This document shows, piece after piece, positions 23,428 through 36,039 of a stretch of DNA of 64,000 nt. Position numbers and translations under genes: made by a program. The stretch spans positions 62,000,001-62,064,000 of the forward strand of contig NC_083285.1 in assembly GCF_963506605.1 (NCBI RefSeq). Direction: 5' to 3'. The stretch's first letter is position 1. Every line of letters starts with the position of its first letter. Under the pieces are notes generated by a model. The model made no database searches. It was not told the origin of the DNA and saw nothing but the letters and a program-made list of their open reading frames with translations. Origin of the DNA: Zootoca vivipara (lineage: Eukaryota).

Positions 23428-26400
23428 GATCCCCTTCATGGATCAATGCCTTGTCGTGGCGAAGGGGCTTGAATAACTCGGAGAAGCTATGAGCTATGCC
23501 ATGCAGGGCCACCCAAGATGGACAGGTCATAGTGGAGAGTTTTGACTAAACGTGATCCACCTGGAGAAGGAACTGGCAAGCCACTCCAGTATCCCTGCCA
23601 AGAAAACTCCATGGACAAAGACAACAGGCATATAAAAGTTATGACGCTGGAAGATGAGCCCCTCAGGTCGGAAGGCGTCCAACATGCTACTGAGGAAGAG
23701 CGGAGGACAAGTACAAGTAGATTCAGAGCTGATGAAGCGGCTGGGCCAAAGCCGAAAGGACGCTCAGTTGCGGATATGCCTGGAAGCGAAAGGAAAGTCC
23801 GATGCTGTAAAGAAAAATATTGCATAGGAACCTGGAATGTAAGAACCATGGATGGAGGTAAGCTGGATGTGGTCAAAAATGAGATGACAAGAATAAATAT
23901 CGACATCCTGGGCATCAGTGAACTAAAATGGAAGGGAATGGGCGAATTCAGTTCGGGTGACTATCATATCTACTACTGTGGGCAAGAATCCTGTAGAAGA
24001 AATGGAGTGGCCCTCATAGTCAACAAAAGAGTGGCAAAAGCTGTATTGGGATGCAATCTCAAAAATGACAGAATGATCTCGATACGAATCCAAGGCAGAC
24101 CTTTTAACATCACAGTAATCCAAGTTTATGCACCAACTACCGGTGCTGAAGAAAGTGAAATTGACCAATTCTATGAAGACCTACAACACCTTCTAGAAAT
24201 GACACCAAAGAAGGATGTTCTTCTCATTACAGGGGATTGGAATGCTAAAGTAGGGAATCAAGAGATAAAAGGAATAACTGGCAAGTTTGGCCTTGGAGTT
24301 CAAAATGAAGCAGGGCAAAGGCTAATAGAGTTCTGTCAAGAGAACAAGCTGGTCATCACAAACACTCTCTTCCAACAACACAAGAGACGACTCTACACAT
24401 GGATATCACCAAATGGGCAGCATCGAAATCAGATTGATTATATTCTCTGCAGCCAAAGATGGAGAAGCTCTATACAGTCAGCAAAAACAAGACCTGGAGC
24501 TGACTGTAACTCAGATCATCAGCTTCTTATAGCAAAATTCCAGCTTAAACTGAAGAAAGTAGGAAAAACCACTGGGCCAGTAAGATATAATCTGAATCAA
24601 ATCCCTTATGAATACACAGTGGAAGTGAGGAACAGGTTTAAGGATTTAGATTTGGTGGACAGAGTGCCTGAAGAACTATGGATGGAGGCTCGTAACATTA
24701 TACAGGAGGCAGCAACGAAAACCATCCCAAGGAAAAGGAAATGCAAGAAAGCAAAATGGCTGTCCAACGAGGCCTTACAAATAGCGGAGGAGAGGAGGCA
24801 AGCAAAATGCAAGGGAGATAGGGAAAGATACAGGAAACTGAATGCAGATTTCCAAAAAACAGCAAGGAGAGACAAGAGGGTCTTCTTAAATGATCAATGC
24901 AAAGAAATAGAGGAAAACAATAGAATGGGGAAAACCAGAGATCTGTTCAAGAAAATTGGAGATATGAAAGGAACATTTCGTACAAAGATTACCATAATCA
25001 AGGACAAAAGTGGTAAGGACCTAACAGAAGCAGAAGACATCAAGAAGAGGTGGCAAGAATACACAGAGGAATTATACCAGAAAGATATGGAGGTCTCGTA
25101 CACCCCAGGTAGTGTGGTTGCTGACCTTGAGCCAGACATCTTGGAGAGTGAAGTCAAATGGGCCTTAGAAAGCACTGCTAATAACAAGGCCAGTGGAAGT
25201 GATGATATTCCAGCTGAACTATTTAAAATTTTAAAAGATGATGCTGTTAAGGTGCTACACCCAATATGCCAGCAAGTTTGGAAAACTCAGCAATGGCCAG
25301 AGGATTGGAGAAGATCAGTCTACATCCCAATTCCAAAGAAGGGCAGTGCCAAAGAATGCTCCAACTACCGCACAATTGCGCTCATTTCACACGCTAGCAA
25401 GGTTATGCTCAAAATTCTACAAGGCAGGCTTAGGCAGTATGTGGACCGAGAACTCCCAGAAGTGCAAGCTGGATTTCGAAAGGGCAGAGGAACCAGAGAC
25501 CAAATAGCAAACATGCGCTGGATTATGGAGAAAGCTAGAGAGTTCCAGAAAAACGTCTACTTCTGCTTCATTGACTATGCAAAAGCCTTTGACTGTGTCG
25601 ACCACAGCAAACTATGGCAAGTTCTTAAAGAAATGGGAGTGCCTGATCACCTCATCTGTCTCCTGAGAAATCTCTATGTGGGACAAGAAGCTACAGTTAG
25701 AACTGGATATGGAACAACTGATTGGTTCAAAATTGGGAAAGGAGTACGACAAGGTTGTATATTGTCTCCCTGCTTATTTAACTTATATGCAGAATTCATC
25801 ATGCGAAAGGCTGGACTAGATGAATCCCAAGCCGGAATTAAGATTGCCGGAAGAAATATCAACAACCTCAGATATGCAGATGACACAACCTTGATGGCAG
25901 AAAGCGAGGAGGAATTAAAGAACCTTTTAATGAGGGTGAAAGAGGAGAGCGCAAAATATGGTCTGAAGCTCAACATCAAAAAAACCAAGATCATGGCCAC
26001 TGGTCCCATCACCTCCTGGCAAATAGAAGGGGAAGAAATGGAGGCAGTGAGAGATTTTACTTTCTTGGGCTCCTTGATCACTGCAGATGGTGACAGCAGT
26101 CACGAAATTAAAAGACGCCTGCTTCTTGGGAGAAAAGCAATGACAAACCTAGACAGCATCTTAAAAAGCAGAGACATCACCTTGCCTACAAAGGTCCGTA
26201 TAGTTAAAGCTATGGTTTTCCCAGTAGTGATGTATGGAAGTGAGAGCTGGACCATAAAGAAGGCTGATCGCCGAAGAATTGATGCTTTTGAATTGTGGTG
26301 CTGGAGGAGACTCTTGAGAGTCCCATGGACTGCAAGAAGATCAAACCTATCCATTCTTAAGGAAATCAGCCCTGAGTGCTCCCTGGAAGGACAGATCGTG

Positions 26401-26653
26401 AAGCTGAGGCTCCAATACTTTGGCCACCTCATGAGAAGAGAAGAATCCTTGGAAAAGACCCTGATGTTGGGAAAGATTGAGGGCACTAGGAGAAGGGGAC
26501 GACAGAGGACAAGATGGTTGGACAGTGTTCTCGAAGCTACGAACATGAGTTTGACCAAACTGCGGGAGGCAGTGCAAGACAGGAGTGCCTGGCGTGCTAT
26601 GGTCCATGGGGTCACGAAGAGTCGGACACGACTAAACGACTAAACAACAACAA
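23428..26653 (+). mobile_element. Full-length BovB (RTE-clade) LINE, about 3.2 kb
   Basis: BovB 5' end (GCCTTGTCGTGGCGAAGGGGCTTG), 3' end GGGGTCACGAAGAGTCGGACACGACTAAACGACTAAAC(AAC)n; TSD CATGGGTGATTTT (23404-23416, 26654-26666). Confidence 0.97.
23611..26643 (+). CDS. Intact BovB ORF: APE endonuclease plus reverse transcriptase (1010 aa from the first ATG; frame open from 23542)
   Basis: EN motifs GTWNVRT, LGISE, VYAPT, GDWNA, IDYIL, SDH; RT motifs QAGFR, FIDYAKAFD, GVRQGCILSP, YADD; no stops or frameshifts. Confidence 0.96.
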   Translation: MDKDNRHIKVMTLEDEPLRSEGVQHATEEERRTSTSRFRADEAAGPKPKGRSVADMPGSERKVRCCKEKYCIGTWNVRTMDGGKLDVVKNEMTRINIDILGISELKWKGMGEFSSGDYHIYYCGQESCRRNGVALIVNKRVAKAVLGCNLKNDRMISIRIQGRPFNITVIQVYAPTTGAEESEIDQFYEDLQHLLEMTPKKDVLLITGDWNAKVGNQEIKGITGKFGLGVQNEAGQRLIEFCQENKLVITNTLFQQHKRRLYTWISPNGQHRNQIDYILCSQRWRSSIQSAKTRPGADCNSDHQLLIAKFQLKLKKVGKTTGPVRYNLNQIPYEYTVEVRNRFKDLDLVDRVPEELWMEARNIIQEAATKTIPRKRKCKKAKWLSNEALQIAEERRQAKCKGDRERYRKLNADFQKTARRDKRVFLNDQCKEIEENNRMGKTRDLFKKIGDMKGTFRTKITIIKDKSGKDLTEAEDIKKRWQEYTEELYQKDMEVSYTPGSVVADLEPDILESEVKWALESTANNKASGSDDIPAELFKILKDDAVKVLHPICQQVWKTQQWPEDWRRSVYIPIPKKGSAKECSNYRTIALISHASKVMLKILQGRLRQYVDRELPEVQAGFRKGRGTRDQIANMRWIMEKAREFQKNVYFCFIDYAKAFDCVDHSKLWQVLKEMGVPDHLICLLRNLYVGQEATVRTGYGTTDWFKIGKGVRQGCILSPCLFNLYAEFIMRKAGLDESQAGIKIAGRNINNLRYADDTTLMAESEEELKNLLMRVKEESAKYGLKLNIKKTKIMATGPITSWQIEGEEMEAVRDFTFLGSLITADGDSSHEIKRRLLLGRKAMTNLDSILKSRDITLPTKVRIVKAMVFPVVMYGSESWTIKKADRRRIDAFELWCWRRLLRVPWTARRSNLSILKEISPECSLEGQIVKLRLQYFGHLMRREESLEKTLMLGKIEGTRRRGRQRTRWLDSVLEATNMSLTKLREAVQDRSAWRAMVHGVTKSRTRLND

Positions 26654-27657
26654 CATGGGTGATTTTTGTGCATTTCGCCAATATGTGTTGTCATGTACAG
26701 TTAATTTGCAATACTAACTTTTAATAGACAGGTACAACCCCCTTGAAGCATTTATTGCCTTTACAAACAAATGTGCCATGTTAAAAAAGAATTTAAAGTT
26801 TTGAAGAGGTGACCTAATTTTTAAAATAGTTTATTTTTCTTATAACTCCTAGAGCACTGTTAAACACCCATGAGTATGGGATTTACTATGTTTAAATATG
26901 AATGTTAGCCTCAAGCTTTGGCCATTAAACCTGCAAGCTTCCTCATTAAATTTACAGGTTGTACTAGCGTGTCCAACATGTTGACAGTGCTTATGATATC
27001 TACTTTGTAAGACAGCTATTTATTTACATTTGCCTCACATTGGGCCAGGCTTGTACCTTCTTGGCTTTAATTTAAGAGTTATTCAAAGTGAAATACAAAA
27101 TGTGCCACGACCCCAGTTTACACCATGATTTGTAGCTGTTCATCGGAGCTCATTGTTCCAAGACACATGCTTCTTAAAGACAACTGTGTGGTCCATATTC
27201 TTTTACCTAGAATACTGAAAACCCTAGCTTCTTTGTAGGAGAAATTGGTTTCTAGCCATCAAGGTTGTACGTTGGTTTGAAAATACAAAAGCAATGAATA
27301 AGAAAGAGCGAAATTTTCAGCATGGCTTTTGATTCTTATGTTCCTAAGTCCATGTATCAAAAGGGTGCAAAGACCGGAGCAAGTTCTTTAGGTACAAGAA
27401 TAGCAAACCCCAGGTTTTTTTAAAAGGGGCTGTATAGCCTAGCTTTAGAAATGATTTTTTTTTTTGCTGGGGTGGTGGGAGCTTTTGCTGCTGCTTCTCT
27501 TTTCTATGTTACTTCAGGAGTTAAAGATGCAACTGCATTTTGCCTGCGGGGATGAGGAAATGCAACCAATGTTGGGTTGGTTTTGGTATCAAAGCCCAAA
27601 ATGGTGGTGTCCAGGCCCCCCTTCTTCCCCCTTCTTGGCTTTCTGTATTTTTAGACT

Positions 27658-27705
<48 letters not shown>

Positions 27706-28389
27706 TTTTGTTTTTATGCTGCAAGATGCCCTGAGAATGCTTTGTTTACAGGACAGTCTGGAAATGCTGTAAACAAATTCTGCTGCATGGATACAATTCT
27801 GCTGCTGTGTCCCTTTCTAGCAGGAAAGGAAGACTGAAAATGTGGCTTGCCTGCCGCACAGATGAGCCATGCAGCAGCCAAAGAACCCCCAACCTTTCTT
27901 GCACCTTTGGGGAGGAGACCGAGATTGCCATGCAACTCTCAAGAATGTCCCCACTGACCTCCTTGCTCTTCATGCTCACCAGCGAGTTGATTCTCATGCT
28001 CTTAAGCTGCAACACTCCTGTTGTGACAGGCCAAAATGTGGGTGGTTGTCCCAAAGCATAAATAACCAGCTTGTAGGCCACCACAGGAGTCTTCACAAAG
28101 GAGCTGGTAACACAGGGAGGCAGAGAGCCTCTTTCAGAATGGCTCTCTCTATTGCACAGCATTGTGGGATTGCACCCAATGTTAGACAGCCCATTGAAAT
28201 TAATGGGTATGACTAACTTGGGTCCTTTAATTTAATGGGTCTACTCTGAGTACAACTAGCTTATATATAATCCATGGTTTGGAGGTGTGGGATTGCGTCA
28301 AAAATAGGCATAATACTGCTTGTATTTCCTCTACAACTGCTTCTTATTGGACAGCATATTCAAAAGGGCTGAGTGTTTCTGTGGAGCGA

Positions 28390-28790
28390 AACATAAAAGA
28401 AGAGCCTGTTGGATCAGGTCAGTGGCCCATCTAGCCCAACATCCTGCCATTACAGTGACCAGGCAGTTGTTTATGGGAAACCTGCAATAGGGACACAAGA
28501 GCACTCTTCCTTCCTTTTAAAACTGTCCAGGTTGGCGGCAATCCTTGCCTCCAGGGTTTGACTATGCACTGTCTCGGCTGCATAAAGAAGTGTCTTCTTT
28601 TATCTGTCCTGAACTTTCCAACATCTAGCTTTTCACCAGGTGTCCATGAGTTCCATTGTTATGAGAGAGGGAGAAAAACTTTCCTCTATCCATTTTTCCA
28701 TGCCATGCAAAATGCTGCAGACCCCTGTCATGCCACCTCTTACTTACCTTTTCTGTAAACTTGAAAGCCCAAATGCTACCAACTTTTTCC
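28390..28790 (-). mobile_element. Degraded CR1-type 3' region
   Basis: AACATAAAAGAAGAGCCTGTTGGATCAGG..CCCATCTAGCCCAACATCCTG and TCTGTCCTGAACTTTCCAAC. Similar 3' ends at about 5110-5230, 6985-7140 and 37310-37700. Confidence 0.6.
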
Positions 28791-31700
28791 TCGTAGGAGA
28801 ATCATAATAGAATTGCCTAGCAAGCTCCACCCAAATGTGCAATTTCTATAGCAAAGTATTACCTGTTTATTCATTTTGACATGCATCGTGAATATGAAAA
28901 TTTTATGTGGGTTTTCTTAATGGGTAAGATATGTAGCTTAGCATTCTGGAAAATTTCTGACGTGTTTTGATTCTGCAAAAACGTATTTCCATCTGACTTG
29001 TAGGTGGCCTGTTGCTCCAGTTCCTGGAAATGATAAGAGTGCCCAGTTTGCTAGACAGTGGTCCCTACTGTTTGACTGTTCAGTTTGCAACAGAAATAAA
29101 ACTTGGAATTCAGAGTGGAAGATGTTTTCCTCTTCAGCTACAGAAGGTCCATTCTGCAGATTCGAGAGGAACAAAGGTCCCTTTTCATAAGCTGAGTGTG
29201 TCACCACCCTGCCTTTCTCAGGAATCCAACAAACCAGGGCTAGGTTTACACTAGCCAGAAAAAGGGCAATATTGCAAGGAATGTCTGCTCATCTGTCTCT
29301 GTACTAATTAATTAAACGGTACATAGCAATATGAAAAAGAAGCAAGCTTGTGCATTCATTCATTCATTCAGTATCCCATACGTTGAGAAGCTAGCCATCC
29401 CTTCACAGAAGTAATTCTGCCCTGGAATATTCCTGCACTCTCGTGGCAATATGTGCAGCCCAGGGTACCTTTCCTGCTGCCATTCATCTTTCCTGGAGGC
29501 AATGGCTTTTTACACAGGCAACCCTGCACTGCAAGTACAGTTTTCTGATGTCGAGAACAATTTTGAGTGTTAAAGGGGAAACACATGATACAGTCCTCTC
29601 ACGGAGCTTTCCTCCTTCTGCTGGATTTGGACTTGAAAATCAGTGTGTGGAAAGTATATAATACAAAGTAAAAGTATACTCTTGTCAATGGCACCAAAGT
29701 CAAAAATAAAATTCAAGCTTTTTATGTATGGAAGGACAGAGGATAGCCATCTTCAATTAATAGCAACACTTGGTTTGTATTACTTGACTACTCTTCCCTG
29801 AATTTTTTAATGACTTGTTATAATGGCCATTGGTTAAAAACAGACCTTTCCCCCAGAATGTTTTGAAGATTTAAGTTTGGAAAATGTGTGTGCTTTATAC
29901 TAACATCCTATTATCTACTTGCTCTTCATTATATTTCATGATTTCTGTTAGTTCAATTCACTGAAAACAGATTTTCTAACTAAAAGAATAATAAGTTCAA
30001 CAGACGTTTCAAAAGAGTTTGCTCTTATTGGAAGAACATCCAGAAATTATCCCAGTAAGGGAAGGAATTAAGTTCATTGTTGTTGTTGTCATCGTCCTCT
30101 CTCTTCCCTCCCTCGCAGTGATGTTTCACAATTCCTGATAGTTTCTTTTTCACGGTGCGCTTCCCAGAAAGAGACGAACCTGTTGAAATGTGCTCCAGTC
30201 TTAGATCATGAGTATCGACACACAAGCCTGCACTTGTTGTATTCATAATTTTATATTAGAATGCACAGCTTCAGGGCAAGTGCATAGCATTGCGCCACCC
30301 TGTATTTCAGACCTGCACTGCCGCATTCGAGACATTTGTAGAAGAAGGTGAACCTGTCACAAAATGTTGTTGTGTGCCTTGCTCCTGTTCAGGGATCCTT
30401 CTTTTTGGCATGCTTATCCAGACATGTATAAATTGACATGTGTTTTAATCTGTTTTTAGCTTAACTGTTGATTTTTAATAATTAAATTCTAGTTTTTTTA
30501 AAAAATACTTATTTTTAACTTTGATTTTTAAGGACAATTTCAGTGTTTGCTTTGTATTCATTAAAACTGCTTAGCTGTTTTGTTTACAATCAAGTGGTAT
30601 ATACATTTTTGGTCAAATAAATCAATCTGATATTAAGACAGTCTTCCTCACAAGTAGACTGGGTGCTGCTTTCTAGTTTTCCTATTATAACCTCTTCTGT
30701 AGGTTTGTATCCATTCACGGCTCCCTCTTTCCTGCTGTTGCAGTGGCTACTACTCAAGCCACTTGGAGACCCCGTAAAACAGGAATGGGGAATGTGCGGC
30801 TAGCTAAATTTTGCTGGACTGCAACTCCCATCATTCGTGACAGTTGACCATGCTGACTGGGGCTGATGGAAGTTGGAGTCCAGCAACATCTGGTAGACAA
30901 CAGGTTAGCAACCTCTGCAGCAGACCAGTGTGGGATGCAATTTGGAAAACTGCAGCTGATGGGGTGGGAGAATGAATGGGAACTGGCAACTCCTCCCTTG
31001 CATAAATGGAAGTCTCAGGACTGTGTTGGATTGAAGCCACTGTTGGTAGCTCCCACTTAAGCCTGTTGTCTGCCCCTATAGTGTAAAATTCTGTACCATT
31101 TGAAACATTTAAAATGCTGACAATATTGAGAATGCTGCATGTAAAGTTGTTTTTCCTTTAAAATGAACGTGTAATGAAAGGTTCGATCTCCTTTCCTCTC
31201 AAATGTATCCCCACATTTCATCTGAAATTGGCTGAATTAAAATCCAATATTGATTTTTATCTATATACAGCAAGCCACTTTTTCCACTTCTCAGAGAAAT
31301 CTATATGCTGGATATTCTCCTTTATGATCCTTTTTGGGTGTATTTAACATTCAAAGCCCTGAGGTCTCGTAAAGTTCTTGGCTCCTTGCTGTCCCCCACC
31401 ACTGCCAAATGTTTTCCGGGAACATGAGAAACTACCTTACACCAAATCAGAACAGTTGTCCATTTAGCCTAGCATTCTCTATTCTGACTGGCAGCAGATC
31501 TCCTGGATCTCAGGAAAAAGAAAGTCTTTGCCATCACCTCCTATGTGATTCTTTAAAAAACAACAACACACCTGATGCTTGGGCTCTTTCCTTTGCCACT
31601 TTAGGAGAGCTAAAGTCCCACTTCTAAAGGATTCATAACTTTGGTTGCCACAACATTTGGGGGGTTGGGGAAGGAGCACTTTCCCAATGTGTAAGTCCTT

Positions 31701-32989
31701 GGGCAGAGCACTGTAAGGAAGCCTTTTAGAAAAACACTGCCAAGTTAGCAGAGAAGCACAGAAACCTGATCCTTCTCCAAGATATGAATTGGGCATCTTT
31801 CAGACACTACAGTGGACTTGCAGGCCAAGATCATTGCTCTGGTATGCTGTCTTGGCTTAGCTGAGTTTGCTTTCCAGATGGCTTGGTGTTGGCAGTTCCG
31901 TGTTTCCTTCTTGAGCAGCAAGCCTTTTTATCCCCTTCTCGAAGCATTTGTGGATGTCTTTGTTCAACCCCTTAGACCACACTCCTGTTTCCATTTGAAC
32001 CTTGTTTTGATTAGATGCTTCCCATATTCACAATTATAGAGTACTGTACTACATTCCAAAGAAATGTAGTACATTCCAAAGAAATGAGCTAGAGGCAAGA
32101 CACAGCAGTGAGAAAACTATTCATATATGACAGCCTTTATCCACCTGTTGTCCTCCAGATGTTTTCAACTACTGTTCCCTTGATCTTCAGCCAGCACTGC
32201 TGTTGGTGAATGCTGATATGCAAGAATGAATAAAGTAAACATTGGACTGTGCACTCATGTTAAGGAATGTTCAAGTTTATTGGATGTGGGCAGTAAAATG
32301 GAAACTTGAACTCTGGCCGTAAAGGTTAAATCCTGAAAACTGAATCTACTTAGAGCCCATGTTTGTAACAAGGACATTTGTAGTGGCTTACTCACATATT
32401 ATAAAAAGGTGCATGTTATGGGCTTGTATTAGTCTCTCCTTGCTTTCACAAATTCCCTTATCCCTTTCCTAGTGTTAACAACAGTTCAGTGTTTCATCTG
32501 AATCCTTGGCACTAAGAGTGGTTTGCTTTTAATTTAGAGATTGAAATCAGGATTAAAAACTGGTTTGTCTCCACATCAAAGGCTAACTATGGTTTGTGAT
32601 AACTATTACACTGGTTTAACACTGAACCATGGTTATCTCTTACCTGCTGAGAGGAGGAAGCCCACGAGCCAGCGGTCACAAAACTCAAATTTGTGTCAAA
32701 TTTAGTTTACTATATTGTGTAACTTTTTAGAATTGTTGAAAAGGAGATGGTGAGAGAGGAGATACTGTACAGCCACTGGGTGTAGGTACTACAAGAGAAA
32801 GGACTTTCTGACCATTAAAACCATTAAAACCACCATACCCTCTCACATTTTGAAGTATTCTACAAAATCCTCAAAAACATTATTTCAGTGTTCTTCATAG
32901 GAACTGAAAATCATAGGAGCTCAACAACGAAACATTAGTGTAGTGGTCAGCATTGTAACTAAAACCCACACCTATTGATTTTGCTTATA

Positions 32990-33230
32990 CAGTGGTACCT
33001 CTAGTTACGAACTTAATTCATTCCGGAGGTCCGTTCGTAACCTGAAGCTGTTATTAACTAGAGGCGTGCTTTCACTAATGGGGCCTCTTACTGCCGCTAT
33101 GCCACCGGCACATGATTTCCATTCTCTTCCTGGGGGAAAGTTCTCAACTCAAGATAACTCTTCCAGGTTAGCGGAGTTTGTAACCTGAAGTGTTTGTAAC
33201 CTGAGGCGTTTGTAACTTGAGGTACCACTG
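32990..33230. mobile_element. Tc1/mariner (pogo/Tigger-like) MITE
   Basis: TA|CAGTGGTACCTCTAGTTAC...GTAACTTGAGGTACCACTG|TA; interior related to 55208-55448 in the opposite orientation. Confidence 0.9.
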
Positions 33231-35893
33231 TATAAATGAAAGTTTTTGACATTCCCAGCACGATCTTGGCCGTGCAAATTTTAAGTCCTTAACTCCTGAC
33301 TGTCTGCCATCTTTATTACTTTCAATTACATTTTCAGAATATGCTGTACAGGTGACTGCAAGATGTCTTCAGGGTGCTGCATTTCTTTCAAAAGTATAGG
33401 AGCTGCTTTTATATGGAGAGCCATTAAGTAATAGTGCGGCACAGCTTAGGGCTAGTAAAATGTTCACAGCTCCATTGCTAACAAAATATTGCTAAGCAAC
33501 TTGCAGGTGACAGCTCCTGGAACAGACATAAAATTGAATAGGTTGAATTTCCCCCGTTTGTTTGTAATGGAAAATTATTGTTGCATATAAGTATAGCAAC
33601 CGTGGCACCATATTCAACAGGCACTTAAGGGGAGTGAAAGGCGGGATATCAAGTCCAAACTCTAAATGGGTGGCACTCTGAAAATGCAATGTGTACTATT
33701 GACGTATCTGAGTAGTTCAGTCTGCTATAGCTGGGTCAACAACAAACATCAGGAAGGAGACAAGGGCTTGAAGGCTTCCTCTTAACTCCCACTTTCCTAT
33801 TCTTTAGTTCCTACCCTTAGCTGGTCATCCAAAGTGATAACATTGAACAAGTCTTCTAATTGTTCAGGCTAGTGAGCAGTTTGAACCCTGGAAAGCTCTG
33901 TAATGCAACAGCACCTGGAGGGCCACTGGTTAGCCATCTTTGTTTTATGAGGACACTAGAATATTGCCTGACTCCCTTTGGTCTATTGATACATGGAAAC
34001 TTTCTTGGCTGTGGCATCACTGTATGTTTTGCAGTTCCTTATCAATCTTTAGGCAAAGTTGTGCTGTGCAGGCTGATGTCTTGCTAGCTACCCCTTGTGG
34101 GTTTGTGACCCAACTGTCTTGAGGTGATGTGGGTTTGCCTTGCCATTTATAGGTGAATCTCATATCCTCTTATCCGTTTGAATATTGGTCTTGCTGGAAG
34201 TGTCCACAATTCTCAGATAAAAAATGTTCCCACCTTTATCCAAATTAGAGCCAAGGCAAATAGCACCATCTGAATTAAAAACAAGCCATCTAAATGTTTT
34301 TCAAAACCCATAGTGAGCTGTAAAATTCAGAACTCAAAATGGTGCCAATTGGTTGACTCCAAAGGGCCTCTAACATGCATAGAAGACACTTGTACAAAGG
34401 GAAGTTCTGCCTCGGTTTCCAATAGGAACCCCTTACTCCACACCCTAGCCAATCTCGAAAGCCCCCTAACACTAAGAACTTGCTTCTTGATGGGCTGAGT
34501 AGAGTGATGTGTGGGAAGCATAGGATTTCAAAGCCCCCTTCTAGCAGAGTTCCACTCATGATTATGAGAAGTGAAGACTCTCGGAAGACAGATATTTCCT
34601 TCTAAACTTAATATAATGTAAATAGTGACCTCTGAAGAAAGGGTTCCATGATGTTGCAGAGCTTGTGAGTCTCTCATGCAGAGAGAGGAACAACCACTAA
34701 GACAAATAGTTGCTGTTTATATAGTACCTAAATACCGTACCTGTACAAGAATGAAAGCACAAGGCAGGCCTTGCCCCACAGATTGTGTGTGTTTTAAGGA
34801 GAGCAGTTTGGCTGGAATTTTATAGCAGTTGATTGGAGCTTATTTCCCAATGTGTAAAGCAAAATGAGGAAGCGATACTCGGTTACCTCATAAAGAGCCA
34901 TTCATTTATTTGTACGCTTGGCAGAAAAGAATGAACTTGTAATGTGGGTGAATTCAAACTACGCCCATTTTGGAGGAGAGGTGGGAGTGAAACAGTGAAG
35001 GATGACCTAATCTCCATTGTGGGATAAGTTGTCACACAAGCCGAACTGGTCCAGAGGCAGTGACGAATGCAGTATCACACCTAAGCCAAGTTTTTGTTTC
35101 TGTCTTTGTTGTTGGAGTGTGCTCCAAGAGCTGTATCTGAATTTCTTTTTCCCTTTCTGTATTTTTATATACTGTACATATAGGACTGCTTTTGGCACAT
35201 CAGACTCATCTGCCCTCTGTTACAGCAACTTCTTATAGAATTGTGGCACCTAGGTGATTGTACTTTAGACTTTCCATTCTGTCGCTGGGGTCCTTTACTT
35301 TTATCAATACACTCCTCATGTCGTAGACTAACATGGATACAAGCCAGGAGCTGCAAGGCTGTACATGTTTCTGTCTGGAAGCCTTTCTAGGGTCTGGGAT
35401 GCTTTGTTGGAAGTATGAGAAAGGGTTTGGGTTCTGGTCTACCCTGCAATGAATCTTGGAGACCCTTTCCTTGCTAGGTATTACGCAGGTGTCGAAGGCT
35501 CATCACAGCCAGGACCTGACTTATTTCAGAGTGTGGGAGGAGGTTCTGTTGTGCAGGCACCCCCATAGAAAAGACCCTCTCTCAGGTTTGCTGCATACTG
35601 TGCTTAGCTAACAGTGGCACCACCCAAAGATTCTCCTTGGATGACCTTGGTAAATAAGCTGGTCAGTATTGGAGCAGGCATTCACTCTGATAAAGGGCTT
35701 TATTTGTCAGCACAAACAACTTAAATTTGGATGAGCAGCAAATTGGCAGCAGTCCGGTTCCTGCAGAAGTAGTGAAATATGATTGCAGAAGGCTCCCCCA
35801 CTCAGTCTAGCAGCTGCATTCTGCACTAGTTGCAGCTTCCAAACCAGCTTTGATAAGGGCAGACCCACGTGGAGTATTACACATTATAGTAAT

Positions 35894-36039
35894 CAAAACA
35901 AAAAATAAAAAAATTCCTTCCAGTAGCACCTTAGAGACCAACTAAGTTTGTAACTTAGTTGGTCTCTAAGGTGCTACTGGAAGGAATTTTTTTATTTTTT
36001 GTTTTGACTACATCAGACCAACACTGCTACCTACCTGTA
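35894..36039 (+). mobile_element. Penelope-like element terminal fragment in inverted configuration, inserted in an old L2
   Basis: Perfect 56-bp inverted repeat (35893-35948 / 35952-36007) plus tail; 13-bp TSD ACATTATAGTAAT (35881-35893, 36040-36052); same family as 49797-50032. Confidence 0.8.

Noticed and set aside
23487-26615. Antisense ORFs within BovB
   Set aside because: Shadow ORFs of the long sense ORF with no independent signal.
30119-30211. Possible USP6NL exon ending ATGA|GT (acceptor CCCTCGCAG)
   Set aside because: Weak donor (GTATCG). From memory, the canonical ATG-A exon lies upstream of the MIQVL exon, so outside this window. No support without RNA data.
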